A stretch of 64,000 nucleotides of DNA, taken from assembly GCA_010093745.1 (NCBI GenBank), contig MU006004.1:1-64000 (forward strand). Reading direction: 5' to 3'. The notes beneath the pieces were generated by a model, which had not been told where the DNA came from, did no database searches, and saw nothing but the letters and a program-made list of their open reading frames with translations. Both the position numbers and the translations under genes were made by a program. This stretch comes from Piedraia hortae CBS 480.64. Taxonomy: Eukaryota. Positions 36,912-48,589 of this stretch are shown in pieces. Position 1 is the stretch's first letter; each line of letters begins with the position of its first letter.

Positions 36912-39418
36912 TCAACTGCTCCCCTCCTCAATGTCCTTCCTATCTCTAGCATACCTGTCCTGATCTTTAGCATCCTGAATGGCGCTTTGCAGAGCACTCG
37001 TAAGATCGACATGGAAAAACGGACGGTTGACGCTTTGGATGACAGCAACTTTCCGATTTGTCGGGTTCCAATCAGTTGGATGGATGAAATCACCAGACTC
37101 CTCATCCTTACGCGGGATTTGCGAACTGCGACGGTTTTCCGCATCCTCAGCTGCTGCCGCCGCACTGCTGTCGCCTCCGATTTCGGCTACAGAGTATATT
37201 GGTTTCCAGCGATGGAAGCCGGCTGGATCCTCCATGGAAGGGTAGCCGAACCCGGCAGCTGCCAGCGCTCGCTTGGTCCAGCGATTATTGATACACGCAA
37301 AATGCCACTGAACCCTCTCCGGGGCTGTGTACCGGTCCAGTTGATTGCGTACATCGATCAACAGCTGCACGGAAGTGATGTCGACATTGTTGACAGATGA
37401 GAAGTCCAGGATGACGGCTCGTAACTTCGGTCGGTCATCTTCCACCATGAGTTCTTGGCTGCGTCGCGGTCCAGGGTCATTCCATGGCCGATCACCCGGT
37501 CGCGAGTAGCTTGTTGGGTTCGTTCGTCTCGTCAGCTCGAAGATGGTCTGGACCATGTATTCGAGATAATGGCTGGCGTTGGGGAAATTGTACCCCTCGG
37601 AAAAGCGGTAGATGAAGATTCCCGGGTAGGGGTGTTCGGCAACCACTTCTGGGTTTGATCCGTCATCGTGATCAATTGGCAGGAAGACATTCCGCGTTGA
37701 TTGCTCAGAATCTTTCTCATGAGAAGCGTACTTGTCATCAGCATTGGGCCCGCCAATGACTGAACGCACTTTGACCCTGCCCAGGAAATGGCCCCGAGCT
37801 TTGAAAACGCGGTACATCAGGAGCGCCACAGAGGTGCATATGGTAGTGTACACTCCATACTCGATAGTCGAAAAGACAACGACAAGAACGCCAGCAAAGA
37901 AAATGAGCACCTCGATCGGCGATACCCTCCAGAACTGGTACACAGTGTTGGGGGGAGTGATCAAATCTCCCACTGCATGAATGATGACACCAGCCAGTGC
38001 CGCACTGGGAATGTAGAAGAACATGGCTGGCAATGCGTAAATTGCCAACAGCACCACTACGGCGGTAATGACTCCAGCAAAAGGCGTACGTACCCCGGCC
38101 TTTGACTTGATGGCCGTACGCGAAAATGACCCCGTAGATGGGTATCCGCCAAGGAATGGTCCGAGAATGTTGGCGACTCCGATAGCAACCAGCTCCTGCG
38201 ACGGATTAATGGTATAGTTGTTGACGCGCCCGAATGACTTTGCGATCGATATATGCTCGATCAACAGGACGATGACGGAGGCAGGAAGCTCGCTGCTGTA
38301 GAGACGAAAGACAGTCGAGTCGAGTCTAGGAACACCGGCGTGTTGAAAGCCTCTCGGCACGTGGCCCAGAATCTTGAAAGGTGCTTTCTTGCTGTTATGT
38401 TTCGGAAGATGCCTGTTAGCAAGCCAGCTAACTAAGGTGTACAGCAATATGACGAAAACGGTGCGGAGAGTGTTGCAGAAGAACCAAAGCTTCTTGCGCT
38501 CCGGTTGTCTACGAGCGAGCTGGTTGAATATGAAGCGAATCCCGTACAGCGCAACGAGACACGTTAGTCCCAGGGCTGCATCTAACTTGGTTTCCGGAAG
38601 GTGCTTCAGAGTATTGATGATGACGCGGTAGGCCGGGCCGCGCGTTGAGAAGCCACTAAGGCCCATCATAGTCGGGACCTGTCCGGCTATGATACTGATG
38701 GCCGAACCGGTCATGTAGGCGCAGATGGATGCTAGTGAGATGAATTCCACCAGCCAGCCTAACCGCATCAAGCCAAAAAAGCATACAATGGCGCCTGCCA
38801 CGAGAGACAAAGAAGATGCAATGACATGACCGGGAATGTCTGGATTTGATTTATGGGCATGAGTAACGATATTGCCGACAACGGTGGACATGACAGCCAC
38901 CGGCTGTTTTTGTTAGCGGGGCCACATGGCTCGAGAGAACACATACCCCTATCGTAATGTCTTTGGAAGTTGCAAAGAACCAATAGATGAGAACGCCCAT
39001 GAATGACGAATATAGGCCATACTCAACTGGCAGGGCAGCCAGCTCTGCATAAGCCATACCTTGAGGCACAACAACGGCGCCGATGGTGATACCTAAACGG
39101 TCAGACACAACCATGACTGTGTACAACCCACTTACCGGCCACCAGGTCTCCGGCTAACCATTGCAAGTTGTAGCGTGGAAGCCACCGAGTAAATGGAAAG
39201 AGATCATGAAAATACCGCAAACACTGTCTGCCAGACGGCGTTATTGAGCGAATCCATTCTGCCGTCGTAGGCTCGCCCTCAATGTAATCGTCTGCGCTTC
39301 CAACTGAAAAGACAGATTCACCTCGACTGAGTTTGCTTTCGTCAGAACCCGCTTCTCCCAGCCTGATTCCGAGACCTTTGGCCAGGCCATGGCCAATCTG
39401 CGTTCTCTTGGATGACAT
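36912..39418 (-). CDS. SulP/SLC26 sulfate permease with STAS domain
   Basis: GDLVAGITIGAVVVPQGMAYA, GLYSSF, TSKDITIGP, EHISIAKSFG, GGYPSTGSFSRTA, FPNA, VILDFSSVNNVD. Introns 39135-39093 and 38946-38904. Confidence 0.95.
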
Positions 39419-39798
39419 GTCTGGAAAAGATCAAAGAACAACGGCAATAGGAACCTGGCAGAAACCAGGCAGGAGCCTTTATTTGGCTTTTAAAGTTGAA
39501 CGACCGATTGCAACTTTTCAGCCTCGTCATGCCCCCGGGTGGGAAGGACGGGGTGTCAGCCAAATGAAATGTATTGATATTGCCACAACAAGCATCCCCC
39601 GACCGGCATTGTTCAACCAACTTTTAAACCGAACGATGGCGTTGATGTCGTGATTTGCCAAGACACGCTAACTGGTCGCGTTCGGCGACCGTTCCGCTTC
39701 CGGACATTTACGTTTTCTTTGTGTATTTACTGTAAAGCTGTATCACGTGATATCGCGCCATCGCAAAACCTGCCAGACCAGAAACAACAAAGAGAATC

Positions 39799-40904
39799 AT
39801 GACTCACTTGGACCTGTTCTTACAACGAGGTCCTCCAAACGGCGACCTCGCAGCCGGTCTGGAGGAGCTTCGGCGCGCGGTTTTGCTTGATGGCATACCA
39901 TCCAACAGCGATGGCATGGTAAGTTGGCATCGAATCAGAGTTGCCGTGTTTGTTATTGACGACAACAGTCGGAATTGCGCATGTACATCTGGCTAGTGTT
40001 GCTAAACGTGCCGCCAATGCCCACCGACACATATCTCGATCTAACGCGTCAAGGCGCGTCTCCCGCTTACACCAAAATTCGCAACGACACCTTTCGCACC
40101 CTCACAACCGACCCCTTGTTCAGGCGTCGCGTAACGGAAAACAGCCTCACGCGCGTTCTCAACGCGATCGCCTGGAAGCTTCACGATGCGCACGAAGCGC
40201 GCGTCAACGGCTGGACGAACCTGCCAACGTTGGGCCCTCCAAGCGGGCCGGACCTGGGATTCAACTCGCCGGCTTCGATGACCCCGCGCGGACGTTTCGG
40301 ATCGGTGGCTGGGACCGAATGCTCAGATAGCGCTGATACCTCAGGCTACGTTGGCTATGTGCAAGGCATGAACGTCCTCGCCGCGCCTTTTCTCTACGCA
40401 GCCCGGAGCGAGGCAGAGGCTTTTGCGGCTTTTGATCGTTGTATCACGCATGAGTGTCCCGGCTACGTGCGTGGAAGCATGGAGGGTGTGCACAAGGGTC
40501 TAGCGCTGGTTGATCAGATCCTTGGCATTGTTGATCCGAAGCTTTCGCAGCATCTCCTCTCAAAGGGCATGAAGGCCGAGATCTATGCCTTTCCCAGCGT
40601 TCTCACAATGTGCGCCTGCACACCTCCACTGCCCGAAGTTTTACTTCTCTGGGACTTCTTATTCGCCTTTGGTCCGCATCTTAACATTCTTTGCATCGTC
40701 GCCCAGCTGGTTTTGTTGAGAGACTCTCTCCTGGCCAGTCCAAGGTAAATAACCCTGAAACTCCCTCTGATCATGGCTGACTTCTCCAGTCCCAAACCGG
40801 AGTTCAAACCTCTTCGAGCGCGAAAAGTAATTGACCTCACCGTCAACTTTGCTCGCAAGATCCCTGATCATGTTTACCAAAGCATGTTGACCCACGCCAA
40901 ATAG
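39799..40904 (+). CDS. BUB2: Mitotic checkpoint TBC-domain GAP Bub2/Cdc16
   Basis: KIRNDTFRT, YVQGMNVLAAPFLY, GVHKGLALVD, YAFPSVLT..ACTPPLPEVL.LWDFLFA.G.HLN. Introns 39919-39968 and 40745-40789. Confidence 0.93.
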
Positions 40905-42523
40905 TTTCTGCTGTTTTCAATTGTTCTCTTTGAGCGTACAGCATAGTGAGCGGTTTTTTCGAAGGTTGCGTTTGTACAAAATTAGTTTGCAATACCCGTG
41001 TATATATACGTAGGTTCTGCTGCCTTAATCATAACCACTTGGTTGCATACAGTGTGTACATTATCTTCATCTCCAAGAGGAACTTGGACGATTCACTTTG
41101 CCATGGTCCGTGCGAGTGGCGTGTAGATCACAGGCGTCACAGTTCGGCCCGCTGTCTTTCTTTTGCTGACACTTGACCATGCTAAGCGCCACTACTATCG
41201 CACTGTCGGCTATTCTTGGGTTTTTTTGATGCTTGGATGTTTGACATGCGGTGATATCTAGATAATCCCGAGGTAGCCCAAGCACGTCATCACCGATTAC
41301 GCCATCCTGCAGCCTCAACGTTCACTGTCATATCATAGACTACCATCTCACAAGAAGGGAGACGTATCTGGAACATTTCAATGTTTTACGATATACATCT
41401 CTTGATTTGTCATCATGCCGCTCTTCATTTCACATCTTTGGTCTCTATTCACAACCTCTTCATTCTTACCTATCACTCTGCCTTGAGGCCTGCGTCTTGC
41501 CCGATTCCCTTGCGCTGCGCCAACTCGACCGCTCAAAATGGACCTCATCAACAGAACACATGCTCACTAGTTCAACGCTCTCAGGTGCGAGATAACTTTT
41601 GATCAGTGTGGAGATCTCACCATCCCCCAGCCCGAGCCAACCAGTAGTGCAGCTTTCGCACTCACTACTAGGGAAGAGGCTATTAAAATTCTCTGAAGAG
41701 CGATGATTGCCTATTAGTACGACATCAGGACATCATAGACATCGTAATCGCCTGGAGTAATAGATGTCGGTTGAATCGTTCTCTTGCAGAGCCCTCATAC
41801 GAGTGGACATCGCCTCAAACCTGAGCGTTGCATCATGAATACCTCTGTAACTCGCCACATGTCTAGCGAGGACCTTGATGTTGAATGAGTTAGTTCTGTG
41901 AGCGGTAGCTAGCGCCCGAAATCTTGCAGGTATCTCTATCTAACAAGGACGTTTTCTTCTGCGATGAGGGCATGCTAACGCATGACTCCACTGACTGCGG
42001 TCTCGACCAAGATGCATTCTCTGAGCATACACTTAGCATTAGCTCTTCGCATGTAGTGACGTACACTCACGCCCACCAACACAGAGGGAAGATTTTACAT
42101 TATGATATGTCACTGACTTGGCTCGTGAAATTATCCAGCCCCGGTCCTAGGAATGCTAGCCTTCGACTGTGCGAGTATTGCTTTGAACAAATCTGGATTT
42201 TTGACTAAAAAGGAAGCCACGCCCCGAATCACACCCTCCGGAGCTCAACAAGAACCAAAGAGGGCTAACCAAATCACCTAATGTTACAGTCAGCTTCTGT
42301 TCATGACTGATCAGGGCCCACTTTCAGTTCTTTAAAACTCCTGGCGTGGGAGAGTCTGTTCTTCTCATTCACATCCACATCCTCGAGCCATCCATCCTCT
42401 GCTTCTCTACCCTCATTACTCTGAAGGCATACTCTCACATCCAACCTCTATCACCGACTGTCAATTTATCCTTCTCCAAAACCCAGCAGGATATTCGAAC
42501 TACACCCTCTCTCCCCAAACAAG

Positions 42524-44068
42524 ATGTTCGCTCGTATCCTTGTGGGAGCTTTGGCCGGGTCAGCCCTGGTGAACGGGCAGCTCACAGTACGTTGCTTCTG
42601 GCATTGTATGAATTGAATAGCTGATTTTCTGCAGGGCCTCATCACACCCACTTTGACCGTCCCTACAAACATTGGCAATGCAGTCTCGAGCTTGGTCTCT
42701 GCACAGACATCAGCATTAAGTCAAGTCAACAGTGCTTATCAGTCCGTGGCCACGGTTTCACCCGCCATTCTGTCCGATGTTTCCAATGCAGTCTCTTCGC
42801 TGGCCGCTGCTCCGACATCTCTGGTCAGTGCTTTGACAGATGCCGTGAGCTCACTTGTCGCTCTACCAACATCTGTGGCATCAGATATCAGCAGCCTCGT
42901 CAGCTCTCTAGGCACCACACCCACTACAGCAGCCGGTGATGCGGCAAGCATCGTTTCAGCTTTGGCAGCCCTACCGTCGTCGTTGCTGACTACGGTCTCC
43001 GATGTTGTCAATGCATTGGTGGTGGTTCCAACTGGCTTGATCGACAGCATTGTGCAAGCAGTGGCGACGGTTGTGAAGGACCCGCTATGTCTGGCTACTC
43101 TCCCGTCCACATTCACTCAAGATCTGCAGCTCGTAATCGACTCTCTGAATGCCCTCGTTGGCTGCTTACTGGCCGAGATTCAGGCCCTACTCAAGAGTGT
43201 TACCGATATCTTGAGCCTTGGACTTCCGACAACGGGCGCCGTCACAGATGCCATCTTGCAGCAAGTCATCGGCACCGTTCAAACTATTTTGTCTTTGCCA
43301 TCATCCTCGGTGGATACAATTCTACAGCGCGTCGTGGCCTTGCAGTCGTCCCTCAATGGCACATCCCAATGTGCGCCTATTTCCTTGGGTGTATCATCTC
43401 TTACGCCTTATACATCCACTGTGACGATATCGTCTTCGACAACGACTACACTTCCAGCCGAAACCACAATTACGACGACATTGGCATCTAGTGAGTCGAG
43501 TGCTGCGGCTACATCTGGTGAAGCTAGTGATGCTACCACATCCAGCGAAGCTAGTGTTGCTGCTACATCCAGTGAAACTAGTGCTGCTGTTACCTCTACC
43601 GTCACCGCCTACATCACTATCATGGCACCGGCTAGCACAGTTACGGAATCTGTGGCCACAGTGACGACGACGATACCGGTGACGGTAACGGCAACCACGG
43701 TCTTAGTGACAACCTCGACCGTGACCTTGGTGTCCATTGAAACGGAGACTCAGGTTACCACTGTGACCGTCACGAGAGACCTTTCGACTCCCACCCCAAC
43801 CAGTGTGACTATCGCAACGAAGCTTATCACCGCGTATGTTGAGCAAGGTGATGATTCAATGCCGACGAGCACGACAACTGTGGCACCATCTCAAAGTTCT
43901 TGCGAGACTGAGCAAACTGGTGTGTCGATAGCCGGTTATTGTGTTTGGAACTGCCAAGGTGGCGCAAAAACAACATCAGGCAAGTCCAAGAAAAGCGCTG
44001 GGGCCAGCAATAGAATTGAAAAGGGACTGATGGTCATGGGACTACTTTTGAGCTTTGCCATGTTCTAA
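42524..44068 (+). CDS. Secreted Ser/Thr-rich, probably GPI-anchored cell-wall protein
   Basis: Signal-peptide exon MFARILVGALAGSALVNG, intron 42587-42634, amphipathic VSSLVA/LPTS repeats, Thr-rich stalk, and hydrophobic C-tail SAGASN...GLMVMGLLLSFAMF. Confidence 0.8.
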
Positions 44069-44833
44069 TCACAGAGTCCGCTGAACCATGGGTGTGTGAT
44101 TTTGGAGTTAGAGAATTTCTGGTGTGGGGCTGACTTGGAATCTCATGTGCTGGAGGCAAGGAGTTTACCTAGGTTTTACATATCAAAGTCTTCCATTTCT
44201 TGCCATGCTTGTCAACTTGCAATTTGTGCCCAAAAAATTGAGACTGGTAATGTTTTTACTGGAAACCCAACAAGGTTCTTCATTGTGTGGCAAAGGGGGG
44301 ATTAAAAATCCACGATGCTCAATGTATCTTTTAAGTACCCATAAATCTCTATCAAACCCATCCCAGCCTTTCTGGATTCCAGCCGGGGTCAATCCTCCGA
44401 CACTTCCCCTCCAACACCATGCTCTTCCTCGTCACCAATTCCTCATGACACTCTTCCATACTCCTCTCCATCAAATAACGCACATCATCCCCACCCTTTC
44501 CATCATAAAATTCGATTCCTCCGTGCAAGTACTCCCTCAAGTCTATCATACCCCGCATCTCTCCTTCACTTAGCCGTGGGGATGGGGTGTTAGTAGCCAA
44601 TGAGAAGCCGCTAATAGGTTACTAGATAAATTAGCCACCTAGAATGTCAAGTAGGAAATATTACCCCTACGATGGCAGTCACTGGTAAATCTAGAAGATA
44701 AAGCGGTTAGCACCTGAGATTGTCAGCGTCTGGAATGATCAAATTTGCTAAGGGCTGATTTAGAGGATGTAGGTAGACTAGAACGATGTAGACCCTGTTC
44801 CCTTTAGCCACAAACCGGTAGCTGATCCCATGT

Positions 44834-45070
44834 AGTGGCTATTTGATATAGTGATTTATCTGGGGCTAGAAGAGATAGCGACTAAATGAGCAGGTAGTGG
44901 CTAATCTTATTTAGTGGCTTTTTGAGATAGTGTCAAATTTGCAGCTAGTCAGGAAAGCGGCTAAATGATGAGATAGTGGCTAAACACGGTTAAGTGGCTA
45001 ATTACGACTTAGTGGCTAAGTACGACTGATCGGCTAATTACGACTAAGTGGCTGGACACGGCTCTGTGGC
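44834..45070 (+). repeat. Degenerate tandem array of AGTGGCTAA-core units (16-19 bp period)
   Basis: Units start at 44975, 44993, 45011, 45029 and 45047 (exact 18-bp period), plus looser units at 44834, 44877, 44896, 44913 and 44956. Confidence 0.8.
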
Positions 45071-45881
45071 TCCAGGTCGGCCTCAAGAATATACGTTCTA
45101 AATATTGTTGCAAGGGATTGGGGATATATAATTAGCTACGATAGCACTTTCTAGCGGCGGCTATGCAGCCACTATTCCGTGGTTGTCGCCGAGAGGCCGC
45201 CAATAAGCCATAAGAGGTCCTGGCTTGCCTTGAGGAACATCCAGCCCCATAATCAGCCAACGACAGTCCAGTTCGTCGGGGAAAGTGGTATTTGAACAGC
45301 ACCAATTCAGATAAAGTGAGACTCCAAGGCTCTGACTATGCACTCAGGATGTGAGACCTACAGCTTTTAGAGACAAGGTAGAACAACAGCTAGTGGATGT
45401 AAGCTGATGTCAATTAGGACTCAGGGCGTCATACCTCAAATATGAGAACATGCTGACTAGGGTTAGCGCCAACGCATGACTAAGATATCAGCGTGCACAC
45501 AGAGTGACAGGGTGGCCGATTGGATACATTTGCGTACAAGTTAAAATGATGTTGCCGCAAATACAAGCTGGCATACTCTTCACTGGAAACAATTTGAGTG
45601 CAAGATCGTGAGCCATGTCTTAGCGAAGTTTTTCATGGGAAGTGTTTGAAGAAGGAACCAGTGTGCAACAGCGGAGAATCTATCTCAGTCCTTGCCAGAA
45701 TTGATTTCACTTGAGAGGATCCCGGTTCGGCGATGCATATCGCCTTCCCTAGTAAGCCGACCACACTTCATCAACGAGAGCAACGAGTAGCAACAGAAGC
45801 ATCCAAGCCCAGGGCTCCAGCATGCAGATTCAATGACGACCTTTGAATACGGCTCAATATTCCTAACCCGTTATTTTATCA

Positions 45882-48540
45882 TTATATGAACTGGATGTTC
45901 CAATCTACATGCAATAAATCCGACGAGTCTGCCTGTTCCTCAATCGCTCCACTTATATCATCCATTGCAATGGTTATGATGTCAAGCCGCTTGCTGTGGG
46001 CTGCCGGCAAACCAATGATTCGAGGATCCATGGCCACGATTTGGCGTAGCGGGCGGCCAGTAATCATGTCAAACTGGCCACAGGGATGGGACACCGTATC
46101 AATGACGCAGAGAAAAATTCTGGCATCTCCACCGGGATCCCGGTGGGTGAAAATCCTCTCCACCTTGCCGATCTGATCGTGGTGGAAGCGAGCAAACTTA
46201 CCCCGGTCCAGTGTTACACGTTGCTCGGACACCCTATAGAGTTGTCAGTATTCCAGATAGACATCTCCCAACAGCATACACTTACGGATCGGTGAAGGAA
46301 GTCTGCTTGTACCACTGTATAATGCTGCCAGTCGTCATCGTGCCAATTCCAATGTTGGTGCCGTAATCCTCTCGGTAGGCTTTTGCAAGGCGGAGTTTGA
46401 ATTCGGCAGACATCTTGGAGTCTTTGACCGGCACTTTGATGCTCGCGCAGAATTTTTGCTGGAGGAGGTCGGAGACCACGGGCCGCAAATGGGTAGCCAC
46501 CTTCCTACAATACACCGTCTGCTCCAGATTGTACGTCAGTAGCTGCTCCGAATTAGGCAGAATCTTCCGGAACAGACCTGGCACGTCCTGGTGCAGCTGG
46601 CGAGCCATGGCGGTGAGCTCGGGGCGCTCGCTCGCGAAGGATCCGCCCAGAACGTGCCGCATCGTCATCCTAACTTGCATTCGCACGAGCAAGTCCCTCT
46701 CAGGACGCAAAAACTTGGTGGCCTGGACGAGGTCTTTAAACTCCCTAGAACCATTAGTCAAGAAGCCTTCTGCGATGGAAAGAAGGGGGAGCCTACCGGT
46801 GCTTATCCTCACCCATCAGAACGTTGCAAAGCCAGACAGAGCCATATTCGGCCGCTTCTTCGTCATAGTACAATCCGATGTGCACGTTTGGACGCTGGGC
46901 GATTCCACGCCATTCCTTTGAGCGTACGGTGCTGGGGCCGGTTCCCTAGACAGGTGTGCATTCGCGGGAGCGGGGTTTATCAGAAGACTCTGGCATCAGT
47001 CCTTGGATGACCCGACGATTGAGTCGGGCTTTGAGGAGTTGACTCTCTGCGTAGCCTCATCAAACCAGGATGGGATGAACAGTTTTCTGGGCGCGCAACA
47101 AATCCTGCCTTGGAGCAAGTCCGTTGTGGGCTCGGATTTTCGGACTTTGATCGAGATCTGGCCGGCAACATTGGTCTCCTTCTATTCCTCAAGGGGACGA
47201 ACGGGTCCGGTCCGCAGGCTCCTGCTGCTGTGGAGTGTCGCAGCCCATCTTGCCAGAATGATATATTCTAGGCAGATCGAAGACACTAACCTGTGGGAAG
47301 CACTGTTCAAGCATCGTTACGAACGTATGCTTCCGCATGATGCTGCGTCACGCAACCTACCCGCGTGACGCAGCATCATGCCAGGAGGTTGGCTGTGTAC
47401 ACTAGCAGGGCGCATTCGCCATGTCACATATGACATGATCCTGAGGGGAAACATCTGTGAGGGAAAAACCTAGGGCGCAGCTGGTAGTGTAGGAGGTATC
47501 GCTGACTTGCTATGCAAGCGCCCCGCATACGTGCTAGCGACGATGCTTGAATCCAACAGAGCTTTCGGAGTGTGCTGAAATCTTGACGTGTTATGTCAGA
47601 AGAGTCGCACCAAATCGCAAACGCCAGTTTGATCAGGCTCAATCGCTTATGGTACTAGTTGTGTGAGACCAAAGTTGATGTATCTGGTGCAAAGAGGGCC
47701 GACCGGGGGGCGTCAGAGAAGGCGGCATTGTTGGCAATGCAGAAGTAAGTCTCATTGTTAATGAAGGCTTATCTTCATCGCTGTCGCTTTCCACGTTAGA
47801 AATCGAGACTGTGGGCCCATCGTCTATTGACTCTACGACAGGGGTTTGTTCCTCAGTCCCATTTACTTCCGCCGAGCATCCCAAAAGGAAGTCTGTCAAC
47901 GATTCGGCATGCTCGCCATCATTGGAGAAGACATGAAAGCTCCTGGCGCAATGCCTCTGTCTTGGAATCTTGATACGTCGTTGATACTGACTGGTTTCCA
48001 ATAGCATCGCCTGCACCGTCTTCCACTGGTGTATTCAACGGTTCATCTGTAGGGAAAGACGACTCCTCGTGTCGGAGGGGTGAACCTCCGAGGACTAAAG
48101 GGGATCGGATATCGACGACAAAAGTTTTCATTCAATTCTGACTGAACAAGTGAAAATGTAGATGTCTATGTCTTTATAGGTGAGGTTCGAAACCTTCCTC
48201 ACACTACCTCAGCCTGACCGCATCCGCCAGGACAACGTCAGCGAACCATGCCCTTAAGCATGAACGAGTCAATGACCCGTCCCAGGGAAAACTTCCTCTA
48301 TAAAAGTAAAAAGCCTGAGAAGTTTCGACTTCTAGCTAAGGTTCTGGTCATGGTGGGTGCCACATCCTTCTGACACCTCGTCATTCCAAGCGGGGGTTCA
48401 TCGTTCGGTGACAGTGGCCCCTCGTGATTGGATTGAACCGGTTGCTATCCACCTGTGGAAGCTGGGCCTTCGGGAGCGGGTAACCGCGAGTGACCTTCAA
48501 ACCGTCGTCGCTTTGGTGGTCTTGGACGATAGCCGATATC
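45882..48540 (-). pseudogene. CACTA/Plavaka-like transposase relic
   Basis: LAFAIWCDSSDITRQDFSTL; RPNVHIGLYY...YGSVWLCNVLMGEDKHR, then an intron, then EFKDLV...ERDLL; C-terminal IGKVERIFTH. Interrupted by an LTR at 48070 and an opposite-strand segment. Family assignment is from motif recall. Confidence 0.55.
48070..48375 (+). mobile_element. Solo LTR, family 1 (copy D), TSD CCTCG
   Basis: TGTC...GACA, 306 bp; CCTCG at 48065-48069 and 48376-48380. Confidence 0.95.
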
Positions 48541-48589
48541 CCACAATCGCTCGTACTTGCGGATGCCTCTCCTCTTTCTTCTCTTCTCC

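Noticed and set aside
44834..45070. CRISPR-like array or telomeric repeat
   Set aside because: Units are only 16-19 bp with homologous, not unique, spacers; the context is eukaryotic and the motif is not TTAGGG.
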